Below, piece after piece: positions 15,479-24,296 of a DNA stretch of 24,296 nucleotides (the first letter of the stretch is position 1; every line of letters starts with the position of its first letter). The translations under genes were made by a program, and so were the position numbers. Source of the stretch: Candidatus Tectimicrobiota bacterium (GTDB lineage Bacteria > JACPUC01); the NCBI GenBank assembly GCA_016192455.1, contig JACPUC010000008.1, positions 310,001 through 334,296 of the forward strand, in the 5' to 3' direction. The notes beneath the pieces are model-generated. The model was given only the letters and a program-made list of their open reading frames with translations. It had not been told where the DNA came from and did no database searches.

Positions 15479-16918
15479 ATGTCGCACTCGCCGCTTGAGC
15501 TCTTCCCCGCCTTGCAAGGGGACGAGGGGCGCCGACCTCACCGTCCCCCCCTGGCGGACCGGATGCGCCCGCGCAAGCTTGACGAGTTCGTGGGCCAGCG
15601 CCACCTGCTGGCGCCCGGGAGGGTGCTGCATCGCGCCCTCGAGCAGCAGGAGGTGCACTCCCTCATCTTCTGGGGCCCGCCCGGCAGCGGCAAGACTACC
15701 CTCGCGCACCTCATCGCGGCGCGCATTCAGGCGCACTTCGAGGCCTTCAGCGCCGTCCTGGCGGGCGTGAAGGAAATCCGCGCCGTCGTGGACGCGGCGA
15801 AGGCGCGCCGCCGCCGTGATGGCCGCGGCACGATCCTCCTCGTCGACGAGATCCACCGCTTCAACAAGGCCCAGCAGGACGCGTTTCTGCCGCACGTCGA
15901 GGATGGCACCATCATCCTCATCGGCGCCACCACGGAAAACCCCTCCTTCGAGGTGAACGCGGCGTTGCTCTCGCGCCTGCGGGTCTACACCCTGGAGGCG
16001 CTCTCGGATGAGGACCTCGCCGCGATTCTGCAGCGGGCGCTGCGGGATGCGGAGTGTGGCCTGGGAAGCGAGGGGGTGGTCCTCGAGGAGGCGGCGCAAG
16101 GCGAGCTCATCCGACTGGCCGACGGCGACGCGCGCGCCGCGCTGAACCTCCTCGAGCTTGCGGCCGTCACCACCCCCGTCGCCGGGGACGGCCTGCGCCG
16201 CCTGACCCCGGAGGCCATTGTGCGGGCGGCGCAACGGAAAACCCTCCTGTACGACAAAGTGGGCGAGGAGCACTACAACCTCATCTCGGCCCTCCACAAG
16301 AGTCTGCGGGGGGGCGATCCGGATGCCTCGCTTTACTGGCTCAGCCGCATGCTCGAGGCCGGCGAAGACCCGCTCTACGTCGCGCGGCGTCTGGTGCGCT
16401 TCGCCTCCGAGGACGTGGGGAACGCCGACCCGCAGGCCCTCTCCCTGTGCATGGCCGCCATGCAGGCCGTCCACTTCATCGGCCTGCCCGAGGGGAAGCT
16501 GGCCCTGGCCCAAGCCGCCGTCTACCTGGCCCTGGCCCCGAAGAGCAATGCGCTCTACGTGGCGTACGGCCAGGCCGCGGCGGACGCCACCCAGGAGCGC
16601 GCCGAACCGGTGCCGCTGCACTTGCGCAATGCGCCCACGCGCCTGATGCGCGAGCTGGGCTACGGCACGGGGTACGAATACCCCCACGACGCGCCCGAGG
16701 CTTTGGTTGGGCAGGAGTTCCTGCCGGAGAGCTTGCAAGGTCGGCGCTACTACGCGCCGCGCGGCGCCGGGTTCGAGGCCGAGCTGCGGCGGCGCCTGCA
16801 AGCCTGGCGGCAGGGGCGGGCGCGTCTCCAGGCGGCACGTGACCAGCCTGGGCACGCGGCCCCGGAGAGCTCCCCTCCCTCCCCGGAAGCGCCGACGCGG
16901 CGGGGCGCCGAGTCCTAA
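15479..16918 (+). CDS. rarA: Replication-associated recombination protein A (RarA/MgsA AAA+ ATPase)
   Basis: [75 protein letters not shown]. Confidence 0.97.
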   Translation: MSHSPLELFPALQGDEGRRPHRPPLADRMRPRKLDEFVGQRHLLAPGRVLHRALEQQEVHSLIFWGPPGSGKTTLAHLIAARIQAHFEAFSAVLAGVKEIRAVVDAAKARRRRDGRGTILLVDEIHRFNKAQQDAFLPHVEDGTIILIGATTENPSFEVNAALLSRLRVYTLEALSDEDLAAILQRALRDAECGLGSEGVVLEEAAQGELIRLADGDARAALNLLELAAVTTPVAGDGLRRLTPEAIVRAAQRKTLLYDKVGEEHYNLISALHKSLRGGDPDASLYWLSRMLEAGEDPLYVARRLVRFASEDVGNADPQALSLCMAAMQAVHFIGLPEGKLALAQAAVYLALAPKSNALYVAYGQAAADATQERAEPVPLHLRNAPTRLMRELGYGTGYEYPHDAPEALVGQEFLPESLQGRRYYAPRGAGFEAELRRRLQAWRQGRARLQAARDQPGHAAPESSPPSPEAPTRRGAES

Positions 16919-17029
16919 GAGGCAACTCTCGCTGTCGGGGAAGCTCGTGACTGTCACGGCAACCATGGCAAAGATTCAGGGCGCGCCGCCATGGCCGCGC
17001 CGCGGCGACTGGACACATGCAGAATAATG

Positions 17030-17058
17030 TTGCCAAGCGGGGAGCGATCAAGCATAGT
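17030..17058 (+). promoter_or_regulatory. Candidate sigma70 promoter for the binding-protein gene
   Basis: TTGCCA, 17 bp, CATAGT. Confidence 0.45.
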
Positions 17059-17242
17059 AGGAGACCACGGGGGCCGGATCTCACCGCTGATCCTTGTTCT
17101 CACGTTCTCCTCGCGCGGTGAGCGGGTGCACCGCAGAGGGAAGCACATCCCCATATCCCATCGAGGTCAGAGAGGGGAGGCTGCGCCAGGGTGCAACGCG
17201 CAGGTCTCACGTTGTTGAACGACCAGAGAGGAGGAGAAGGCG

Positions 17243-18415
17243 ATGGTTCGATGGAGGATGATACCGTGGGTGGCCGTGTGCGTGGCGGCGCTGCTGCTCG
17301 GCGCGTGGGGACTGACACCGGCAAGCGCGAAGGTGGAGGGGAAGGAGATCCTCATCGGCGGCCTCTACCCGGTGACCGGCCTCGGCGCTGAGTGGGGAGA
17401 GTTCGGCCTGGCGGGGACGCAGATCGCCATTGAGGAAATTAACAAAGCGGGCGGCATCAATGGTGTACCGCTGCGGCTCATCCACTACGATTATGAGAGC
17501 AAGACGGCGCCAAGCATCGCCCTCGCCAAGAAGCTCGCCACCAGGGACAAGGTCTTGATGATCACCGGGCCGTGCTTCAGCTCCGCCTGCGAAGTGGTCT
17601 TCCCGCTGTTGGACCAGATGAAGATCGTGGCGGTGTCGTACTGCTCCTCGGCGCCGGGCCTGTCGGCCCTGAGCACCTGGGCCTTCCGCAACACGCTCAC
17701 GAGCGACAAGCAGCTCGACACGGCGATGAAGCAGTGGGTGAAGATGTACAACGTGAAGAAGGCGGTGATCCTGTACAACTCCGCCGACAAGGTCTCGACC
17801 TCGGAGGGGAGGGACCTCCTGCCCGTGCTCTTTAAGAAGCATAACGTCCAGCTTCTCGACTCCCTGACGTTCCAGAGCGGCACTCTGGACTTTGCAGCTT
17901 ACATCACCAAGGTGAAGGGGCTCAATCCGGATGGCATCGGCATCGGCTCCTGCTACCAGGAAGGCGCCAACATCATGCGCGAAGCGCGTAAGCAGGGCTT
18001 GAAGGCCGCCTTCATCGGCGGCGCCTGCAACACGTCGCCCGACCTCATCCGCCTCGGCGGCACGGCGGCGGAAGGCTACGTCGGCTCCACCGCGGCCTGG
18101 TTGGAAGACCCGCGCCCGAAGGTGCAGGCCTTCGTCAAGAAGGTCATAGAGCGTACCGGCGGCAGGCGCCCGAACTACGGCGGCTTCCGGGCTTACGACA
18201 ACATTTACATCATCAAGAAGATCATCGAAGAACAAGGCGTGACGAACAAGCCCGAAGACCTTGAGAAGGACCGCGAGAAGATGAAGAAGGGGTGGGCCTC
18301 GTTGAAGAACTTCGATGGCGTCTCCGGCATCACCACCATGGACGAGGTGGGCGACGGCATTGGCGAGGCGGTGGCGCTGATCGTCCGCAACGGCAAGTAC
18401 GAGAAGATCGAGTAA
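17243..18415 (+). CDS. ABC transporter substrate-binding protein, LivK/LivJ (HAAT) type
   Basis: Signal peptide; IGGLYPVTG, AIEEINKAGGING, DFAAYITKVK, FDGVSGITTMD; strong RBS GAGGAGGAG. Confidence 0.92.
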   Translation: MVRWRMIPWVAVCVAALLLGAWGLTPASAKVEGKEILIGGLYPVTGLGAEWGEFGLAGTQIAIEEINKAGGINGVPLRLIHYDYESKTAPSIALAKKLATRDKVLMITGPCFSSACEVVFPLLDQMKIVAVSYCSSAPGLSALSTWAFRNTLTSDKQLDTAMKQWVKMYNVKKAVILYNSADKVSTSEGRDLLPVLFKKHNVQLLDSLTFQSGTLDFAAYITKVKGLNPDGIGIGSCYQEGANIMREARKQGLKAAFIGGACNTSPDLIRLGGTAAEGYVGSTAAWLEDPRPKVQAFVKKVIERTGGRRPNYGGFRAYDNIYIIKKIIEEQGVTNKPEDLEKDREKMKKGWASLKNFDGVSGITTMDEVGDGIGEAVALIVRNGKYEKIE

Positions 18416-18426
18416 GCAGGCCTTCA

Positions 18427-18477
18427 GGCTCGCGCGGGCTGGGCGGCGCGGCATGCGGCGGCGCCCAGCCCGGAGCC
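18427..18477 (+). terminator. GC-rich hairpin after the binding-protein stop codon
   Basis: CGGGCTGGGCG (18435-18445) pairs with CGCCCAGCCCG (18462-18472), closed by GGCTC/GAGCC; no immediate U-tract. Confidence 0.45.
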
Positions 18478-18496
18478 GCCACGCCGCGCTGTCCGC

Positions 18497-18677
18497 CGGC
18501 GTGGTGGTGGAGTGTTTTTTTGGTTTCGCACCCTTCTCCTTCGACTCTTCCCCTTTTTTCGTGGCGCTGAGCGCGCCGCTCTCTCCAAGTCGCGCCGCGA
18601 CACGCGCGTGCTCGCTGCGCCGCTGACCTTGTCTCGGCTTGACCACGCCTGCAAGGGAACACCCCACCACCACGCCG
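18497..18677 (+). ncRNA. Candidate structured RNA (rod with central bubble) or MITE-like element
   Basis: 19/20-bp terminal inverted repeat, extendable by G-U pairs on the + strand, plus an inner stem. Confidence 0.3.
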
Positions 18678-18802
18678 AAGCTTGGAGGTAGGCATCCTCC
18701 GCCCCTCGCGCCTGCGATGCTCTCCCCGCGGAAGGCTCCTCCGGCCTCTCGTGCCGCTGCCATGACCAGGCGCCTGGAGCAGACCCGCTGGCCGGAGCGA
18801 GG

Positions 18803-19867
18803 CTAGGCCAAGAGTTCAGACTTCGGCGTGCTGCCGCCGGGCTCGTTGAGCGGGTAGTGGCAGGCGACGAGGTGGCCGTTGCCGAGATCGCGCAACGCCG
18901 GCGCCTCGACGGCGCAGTCGTCGCGCTTGTGGGGGCAGCGGGGGTGGAAGTAGCAGCCGCTGGGGGGATTGATGGGGCTGGGCACATCGCCGCTGAGGAT
19001 GAGGCGCTTCTTCTTGTACGTCGGATCGGGGATCGGCACGGCGCTCAGGAGCGCCTCGGTGTACGGGTGCTTCGGATCGTGGGCGACATTTTCGCCGCTG
19101 CCCAGCTCCACGATCTTGCCGAGGTACATGACGGCGATGCGGTCGCACATCTGGCGGACGACGCTGAGGTTGTGGGCGATGATGAGGTAGCTGAGACCGA
19201 ACTCTTCCTGCAGCGCCGCAAGCAGGTTAATGACCTGGGCCTGGATGGAGACATCCAAGGCGCTCACCGGCTCGTCGCCGATGATGAGCTTGGGGTGCAG
19301 CGCCACGGCGCGGGCGATGCCGATGCGCTGCCGCTGCCCACCGCTGAACTCGTGCGGGTAGCGCTTCATGTGCTCGGGCCGCAAGCCCACTTTCAGGAGC
19401 AGCTCGGCCACGCGCTCCTCGCGCGCTCTCCCCTTGGCGAGGCGATGGATGGCCAGAGGCTCGCCGACGATGCTGCCCACGGTCATGCGCGGATTCAACG
19501 AGGCGTAGGGGTCCTGGAAGATGATCTGCATGTCGCGCCGCAGCGCCCGCATCTCCTTCTTGCCGAGGCCGAAGACATCGGTCCCCTCGAAGAGCACCCG
19601 CCCGCCGGTGGGCTCGATGAGGCGCAGGATGACGCGCCCTGTCGTCGTCTTGCCGCAACCGGACTCGCCGACCAGTCCCAGCGTCTCGCCCCGGCGCACC
19701 GTGAAGCTCACGCCGTCGACGGCGTAAACGTAGCCAAGCGTCTTGCTGAAAATCCCCCCCCTGAGCGGAAAATGCTTCCGCAGCTCTTCCACCGCGAGGA
19801 GAGGAGCGCTCTCCTCCGCAGAGGCGCCGGCGGAGGAGGGGCGAGCAGGCGTGGCCGCGTCGTTCAT
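18803..19867 (-). CDS. oppF: Oligopeptide/dipeptide ABC transporter ATP-binding protein (OppF/DppF-like)
   Basis: [56 protein letters not shown]. Confidence 0.92.
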   Translation of the reverse strand: MNDAATPARPSSAGASAEESAPLLAVEELRKHFPLRGGIFSKTLGYVYAVDGVSFTVRRGETLGLVGESGCGKTTTGRVILRLIEPTGGRVLFEGTDVFGLGKKEMRALRRDMQIIFQDPYASLNPRMTVGSIVGEPLAIHRLAKGRAREERVAELLLKVGLRPEHMKRYPHEFSGGQRQRIGIARAVALHPKLIIGDEPVSALDVSIQAQVINLLAALQEEFGLSYLIIAHNLSVVRQMCDRIAVMYLGKIVELGSGENVAHDPKHPYTEALLSAVPIPDPTYKKKRLILSGDVPSPINPPSGCYFHPRCPHKRDDCAVEAPALRDLGNGHLVACHYPLNEPGGSTPKSELLA

Positions 19868-20889
19868 GGCGAGTCACTCAGGAGGAAACAGCGGGCGGCG
19901 TGCTGGCCGTTGGACGGCTCTTCCCCCCCAGCCGGGGAATCGACGGAGTAGAAAGAGGGGTCGTCGTGGCGGCAACGCTCCATCACATACTGACAGCGCG
20001 GGTGGAAGGCGCAGCCCTCCGGCACCGCGTAGAGGCTCGGCACGATGCCGGGGATTTCCGGCAGGCGCTGGCCGGGCTGGTGGTGCGCCCGATCGAGCCG
20101 CGGCACCGAGGCCAGGAGCCCCTGCGTGTAGGGGTGGCTGGGAGTGCCGAAGATCTCCTTGGCGCTCCCCTGCTCCACGATGCGGCCGGCATACATCACG
20201 GCAATCTGCTGCGCTGACTCCGCCACCACCCCAAGGTCGTGGGTGATCATGATGATGGCGGCGCCAAGCTCTTCCTTGAGCTTCAGCATGAGGTCGAGAA
20301 TCTGCGCCTGGATGGTGACGTCGAGGGCCGTCGTCGGCTCGTCGGCCAGGAGCACCTTGGGGTTGCACGACAGCGCCATGGCGATCATGGCGCGCTGCCG
20401 CATGCCGCCGCTGAGCTGGTGAGGGTACTCCCGCACTCGACGCTCGGGATTGGCCATCGCCACCAGGCGCAGCATGTCGATCGATTTCTCCATCGCCGCT
20501 TTCTTGCTCAGCCCCTGGTGCAGGATGATGGCCTCGCTGATCTGGTTGCCGATGGTGAACACCGGGTTGAGCGAGGTCATCGGCTCCTGGAAGATGATGG
20601 AGATTTCGTTGCCCCGAATTTTGCGCATCTGCGCTTCCGTCAGCTCCAGGAGCTCGCGCCCGCCAAGCTTGATGCTCCCCCCCACGATCTTGCCGGGAGG
20701 GTCGGGAATGAGGCGCAGGATCGAGAGCGCCGTCACTGTCTTGCCGCATCCCGACTCGCCCACCAGCCCCAGCGTCTCACCTTCCCGGAGCTGAAAGCTC
20801 ACGCCGTCCACGGCGCGCACCACTCCCTCGGCGGTGAAGAAGTGCGTTTGCAGGTCCGTCACATTCAGAAGAGGGGGTGAAGCGTTCAT
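19864..20889 (-). CDS. oppD: Oligopeptide/dipeptide ABC transporter ATP-binding protein (OppD/DppD-like)
   Basis: [42 protein letters not shown] overlap with oppF; start at MNASPP. Confidence 0.92.
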   Translation of the reverse strand: MNASPPLLNVTDLQTHFFTAEGVVRAVDGVSFQLREGETLGLVGESGCGKTVTALSILRLIPDPPGKIVGGSIKLGGRELLELTEAQMRKIRGNEISIIFQEPMTSLNPVFTIGNQISEAIILHQGLSKKAAMEKSIDMLRLVAMANPERRVREYPHQLSGGMRQRAMIAMALSCNPKVLLADEPTTALDVTIQAQILDLMLKLKEELGAAIIMITHDLGVVAESAQQIAVMYAGRIVEQGSAKEIFGTPSHPYTQGLLASVPRLDRAHHQPGQRLPEIPGIVPSLYAVPEGCAFHPRCQYVMERCRHDDPSFYSVDSPAGGEEPSNGQHAARCFLLSDSP

Positions 20890-21034
20890 GGGAGCATCAC
20901 AGTGAAGAGAACAGCCATCCCGGGAAAGGCGACATCGAGACCCCGCCTGCAAGGCGAGGCGCGCCGCTTCGCTCTTGTACCATATCCTGCGGCCGAACGC
21001 ATGCGCGCAGAGGGACGCGGTCGCGCTCGGCGTC

Positions 21035-21256
21035 CTACGCCCCCGCCGCGCGCAGCTTCTCCTCGAGGGTCGTCGCCCAGGCGTCGAGCGGGGTGCTGGC
21101 GGGGACGACGATCTCGAACTTGCCGCTGGGCAGCCGCCGGACATCGCCGGGGTCCTCCGGCGAGAGGGGGACCTCGATCGCTTCGCGCGACAGCCCCATC
21201 GCATCCGTGACGGCGAAAATCGCCTCCATCTCCTTCATCGTCACGACTTCCAGCAT
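21035..21256 (-). CDS. Small hypothetical protein (73 aa; an upstream start is possible)
   Basis: [31 protein letters not shown]...; GGAGG upstream; co-oriented with its neighbours. Confidence 0.65.
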   Translation of the reverse strand: MLEVVTMKEMEAIFAVTDAMGLSREAIEVPLSPEDPGDVRRLPSGKFEIVVPASTPLDAWATTLEEKLRAAGA

Positions 21257-21406
21257 CCCGCGCCCCTCCACGTTCTTCTCCGGCGCCTCCACCTCTGCCT
21301 TCGCGCCCATTCCACCCGGCGCTCCCGACGTCTCCGCGGCCTCAATCGGCCATCCCCCGACCGCAACCGGCATGCCCCTCCCGGAGCCGCATTCTACCCC
21401 AAGTCG

Positions 21407-22399
21407 CTATCGAGGCACCACGGCAAGGCTGCCAACCGCAACGCTGCCGAGGGACACCGGCAGCTTCTCCCAGCTTGCCCCGCGATCGCCGCTCCGGTAG
21501 AGCGCCCCCTTGTCCGTCCCGGCATAGACCACCGCGCTGTCGGAGAAATCCCAGGCGAGGGCCACCGCCATGTCACGCTTGGAGCCCGGCCAGTCCGGCT
21601 CATGCCAGGTGCGGCCGCCGTCGGTCGAGCGCATCAGCCGACTGCTGCGCCGCCGCGAGCTGTCCGCGCAGGCCACCAGGACGAGGTCGGCGTCATCCGG
21701 CGCCGGGCTGATCGGCACGATGTAGGGGAGCGGCAAGCCGCTGCCAATCTCGGTCCAGGTATCGCCGCCGTCGTCGCTGCGGTACGGGTGGCGCGCCGTG
21801 GCGGCATAGAGCGTTCGGGGGCGCGCCGGGGTGACGCTCAGGCTGTGCACATCCGGGTGCGTGCCGAGGCAGGCCCGCCAGGACGCGCCGGCGTCGGTCG
21901 AGCGGTAGACGCCGCCCACCTCCACCCCGGCGTAGAGACAGGCGGCGTCATGCGCCGCCAGCGTCAGGGCGCGCACGTGCGGCTGGCGCGGCTCGAAGAA
22001 GTACCAGTCCTTCGACTCGGGCAGCAGGCGGAAGTTCTCACACTCCCGCCAGCTCGCACCGCCATCCTCGCTTTGGTAGATCGCCGCCGGCTCGCTCCCC
22101 ACGGAGAGCCGCTCCGGCTGCTGCGGGTGCACGGCCACGCTATGGGCGTGCTCGACGGGGTAGCGCTCGAGCCGCCGCCAGGTGCCGCCGCCATCGTCAC
22201 TTCGCCACAGGCCCGCCTCGTACGCCGCCAGGTACGCCACCCGGGGCTGCGTCCGGCAGACCGCCAGGCGGGCCGCCGCGTGCTCCAGCGGCGTCACCGC
22301 GCCGACCACCTCCGCCGAGCCGTCGGTGCGACAGGCTACCTTACAGACACCATCGTGCATGCCGACCAGGAGGTAGGCGCGCACGCTTCCAGTTGCCAT
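21407..22399 (-). CDS. BNR/Asp-box repeat beta-propeller protein (YCF48/sialidase-like fold)
   Basis: Six S-x-D-x-G-x-[ST]-W boxes (SDDGGGTW, SEDGGASW, STDAGASW, SDDGGDTW, STDGGRTW, SGDRGASW); RBS GGAGAGGGA; no signal peptide. Confidence 0.88.
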   Translation of the reverse strand: MATGSVRAYLLVGMHDGVCKVACRTDGSAEVVGAVTPLEHAAARLAVCRTQPRVAYLAAYEAGLWRSDDGGGTWRRLERYPVEHAHSVAVHPQQPERLSVGSEPAAIYQSEDGGASWRECENFRLLPESKDWYFFEPRQPHVRALTLAAHDAACLYAGVEVGGVYRSTDAGASWRACLGTHPDVHSLSVTPARPRTLYAATARHPYRSDDGGDTWTEIGSGLPLPYIVPISPAPDDADLVLVACADSSRRRSSRLMRSTDGGRTWHEPDWPGSKRDMAVALAWDFSDSAVVYAGTDKGALYRSGDRGASWEKLPVSLGSVAVGSLAVVPR

Positions 22400-22623
22400 T
22401 GCTGATCCCTCCTCCGCCCCGCCGCCGGGTCAGGCGGGAAGCCTAGCCCGTCACGGGGCCCCTGCCCATCCGGGCCCTGCTCCTACAGGATAGTACAGCG
22501 GGGGGCGCAGTTCACGCCTCCTCCGGCGGCTGCCGCGTGGACAGGCGGATGGCCCGCGGCGCGCCGCCAGCCGAATGCGGTTGCACGAGGGGTTCCGGCC
22601 AAACCTCGCCGGCGCACGGGAGG

Positions 22624-24090
22624 TTACGGCGCCGCGAGGGTGAACCGCTGCTCCGCGTAGCCAAGGAGGTCGCCGGAGTCAAGGCTGGCATCGTCGAGCG
22701 CGCCGGCCGCGGTGAGGGCCAGAAAGGCGAGGGCCGGACCGGCCGGGTCGTCAGGCGCGAGGCGAAGGTCGGCAACCGCGGCGGCGGAGAAGGCAAACCC
22801 AGGCGTAAGCGGGAAACCGCGCAGGACCGGCAGGAACGTTGTGGGGCGCTGCAGCGCGAAGCCCGCATCAAGGAAGGCGAGGGAGCCGTCCGCGAAGGCA
22901 AACCCAAGGTAGACGTCGACGGTGCGGGGCGCGCCATGGTAGGCGGCGGCCGCCAGCAGGCGCAGCGGCTGCCCGAGCTGGCGCGCGGCATGATCGGGAG
23001 CGATCCACAGGCTCAGCTCGGCGGCAGGTGACGCGAGCGTGAAGACCTCGGTCACGCCGCTCGTCGAGAACCCGGCGAGCACGCCGCCGCCGGGGATGTA
23101 GATGCGCCCATCGAGGAGCGCCGCGCCGATGCCGTGCCGAGGTGTGGGCAGCGCCGGGGCCTGGCTCCAGCTATCGCTGGCGGGATCGTAGGCTTCGTTC
23201 TCGGCAAACGTCGCCGCGAGCGACTCGCCGCCGAAGACGTAGAGCCTGCCGCCCAGCGCCGCGGCGGCGATGCCGCTGCGGGGCGTCGGCATGGGGGAGC
23301 CGCTGGACCAGCGCCCGGACGCCGGATCGTACACCTCCAGCGTGCCGAGGTTGAGCGCGGGGGTGTTGTCGCGACCGCCGGCGGCGTAGAGTCGCCCCTC
23401 GATCGCCGCCGCGGCAAGGTGATCGCGCGCCGTCGGCATCGGCGGCAGGCTCTCCCAGCGGTCCGCCACGGGATCATAGCGGGCAGCCTCGGCCACCGAG
23501 CCGTTCCGGAAGCCGCCGGCGACGTAGAGCTGGTTGTCGATGACGGCCGCTGCGGCCGCGCCACGCGGCGTCGGCAGGGGGGCGCGCTCCGACCATGCCC
23601 CGCGCTGCGGGTCGAAGGCGTAGACCGAGGCCACGGCGTCAAAGGCAAGGGTCGCGAACCCACCCGCGACGTAGAGCACGCCGTCCACGGCTGCCGCGGC
23701 GGCGTGGTGACGCGGCGCCGGCAGCGGCGCCAGCAGCTCCCAGATGTTCCTCACGGGATCGTAGCGCTCGACGGTGGCTACGGACCGGCGCTCGGCATCA
23801 ATCCCGCCGAGCACGTAGACGAAGCCGCCCAGGGCTGCAACGGCCACTTCCTGGCGCGGAGTCGGCAGCGGGGCGCCCAGGCTCCAGAAGCCCGCCTCAG
23901 CAGCGCTGCCCCCTTCCTGAGCCTGGGCGGCAGTCGGCGAAGCGATCTCCCCGCCACTCCCCAGCACGGCGGCGAGCCACGCAACCAGCAGAGCGACTCG
24001 GACCGCGGCGGCCTGGCGGCGCGGCCCCACCCCTCCCCGGAAAAGGTTGCGGAGGGTGGTGGCGATGCTGAGCCCGCGGGCAACCATCAT
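22624..24090 (-). CDS. Secreted Kelch-repeat beta-propeller protein with extra C-terminal domain (start uncertain)
   Basis: Six repeats of P[LM]PxxR...YxxGG...YDP...W; hydrophobic N-terminal segment. Confidence 0.88.
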   Translation of the reverse strand: MMVARGLSIATTLRNLFRGGVGPRRQAAAVRVALLVAWLAAVLGSGGEIASPTAAQAQEGGSAAEAGFWSLGAPLPTPRQEVAVAALGGFVYVLGGIDAERRSVATVERYDPVRNIWELLAPLPAPRHHAAAAAVDGVLYVAGGFATLAFDAVASVYAFDPQRGAWSERAPLPTPRGAAAAAVIDNQLYVAGGFRNGSVAEAARYDPVADRWESLPPMPTARDHLAAAAIEGRLYAAGGRDNTPALNLGTLEVYDPASGRWSSGSPMPTPRSGIAAAALGGRLYVFGGESLAATFAENEAYDPASDSWSQAPALPTPRHGIGAALLDGRIYIPGGGVLAGFSTSGVTEVFTLASPAAELSLWIAPDHAARQLGQPLRLLAAAAYHGAPRTVDVYLGFAFADGSLAFLDAGFALQRPTTFLPVLRGFPLTPGFAFSAAAVADLRLAPDDPAGPALAFLALTAAGALDDASLDSGDLLGYAEQRFTLAAP

Positions 24091-24158
24091 GGCGCAAACC
24101 GCGCGTCTCCCCCCAGCAGCGTAGGAGACCTCGGGAAAGATATTCCGCGACGTGACAC

Positions 24159-24296
24159 TAGTACTTAGTTGCGTAATTCAGTTATACGCCTCGTAAGGGT
24201 GACTGGGTGGACGACCGTTTTGCGCCACTCGAAGGGGGCGGCCTCAGGATTATAGGCGGCGATGAACGCTTCGATGGCGGCGCGCAGCTCAGCCAC
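24159..24296 (-). mobile_element. Right end of an IS630-family insertion sequence (continues beyond the window)
   Basis: The transposase stop runs into ...TAAGTACTAG, a TA-flanked end typical of IS630. Confidence 0.75.
24165..24296 (-). CDS. IS630-family transposase, C-terminal fragment
   Basis: Manual translation: VAELRAAIEAFIAAYNPEAAPFEWRKTVVHPVTLTRRITELRN*, the IS630 L..AI..FI..YN....PF.W tail. Confidence 0.8.
   Translation of the reverse strand: MAELRAAIEAFIAAYNPEAAPFEWRKTVVHPVTLTRRITELRN

Noticed and set aside
16946-16958. Palindrome CGTGAC-T-GTCACG after rarA
   Set aside because: Short, single occurrence, no supporting context.
1-24296. CRISPR array, tRNA or rRNA genes
   Set aside because: No regularly spaced repeat-spacer units, cloverleaf or rRNA signatures seen by eye.

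Overview
GC-rich bacterial chromosomal window; the lineage cannot be fixed from sequence alone. Most of it is housekeeping or accessory genes: fluC/crcB 3' end, an M16 peptidase homologue lacking HXXEH, an MFS transporter, an M28 glutaminyl-cyclase-like enzyme, a CaiB/BaiF CoA-transferase, an AIR-synthase-like protein, an atypical receiver protein, hflKC, rarA, an orphan LivK-type binding protein, oppD/oppF-like ATPases, BNR and Kelch beta-propeller proteins, and the end of an IS630 transposase. The standout is a regulator cluster at about 3.6-9.0 kb with no integrase, phage or defence genes nearby. It holds (i) a three-HTH protein (XRE + second HTH + sigma70 region 4, no region 2) preceded by two 32-bp-spaced pairs of NrdR-box-like sites although no nrd gene is present, and (ii) two divergent XRE genes sharing a C-terminal motif, one followed by an ImmA/IrrE metalloprotease. 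The 1.1-kb spacer between the XRE genes carries three sigma70-like promoters (two face-to-face), palindromes and a perfect DnaA box. My inference is a protease-triggered switch that may be tied to dNTP or replication status. A 181-nt rod-like intergenic structure (18497-18677) is a candidate ncRNA. All calls come from motif reading; no database searches were run.
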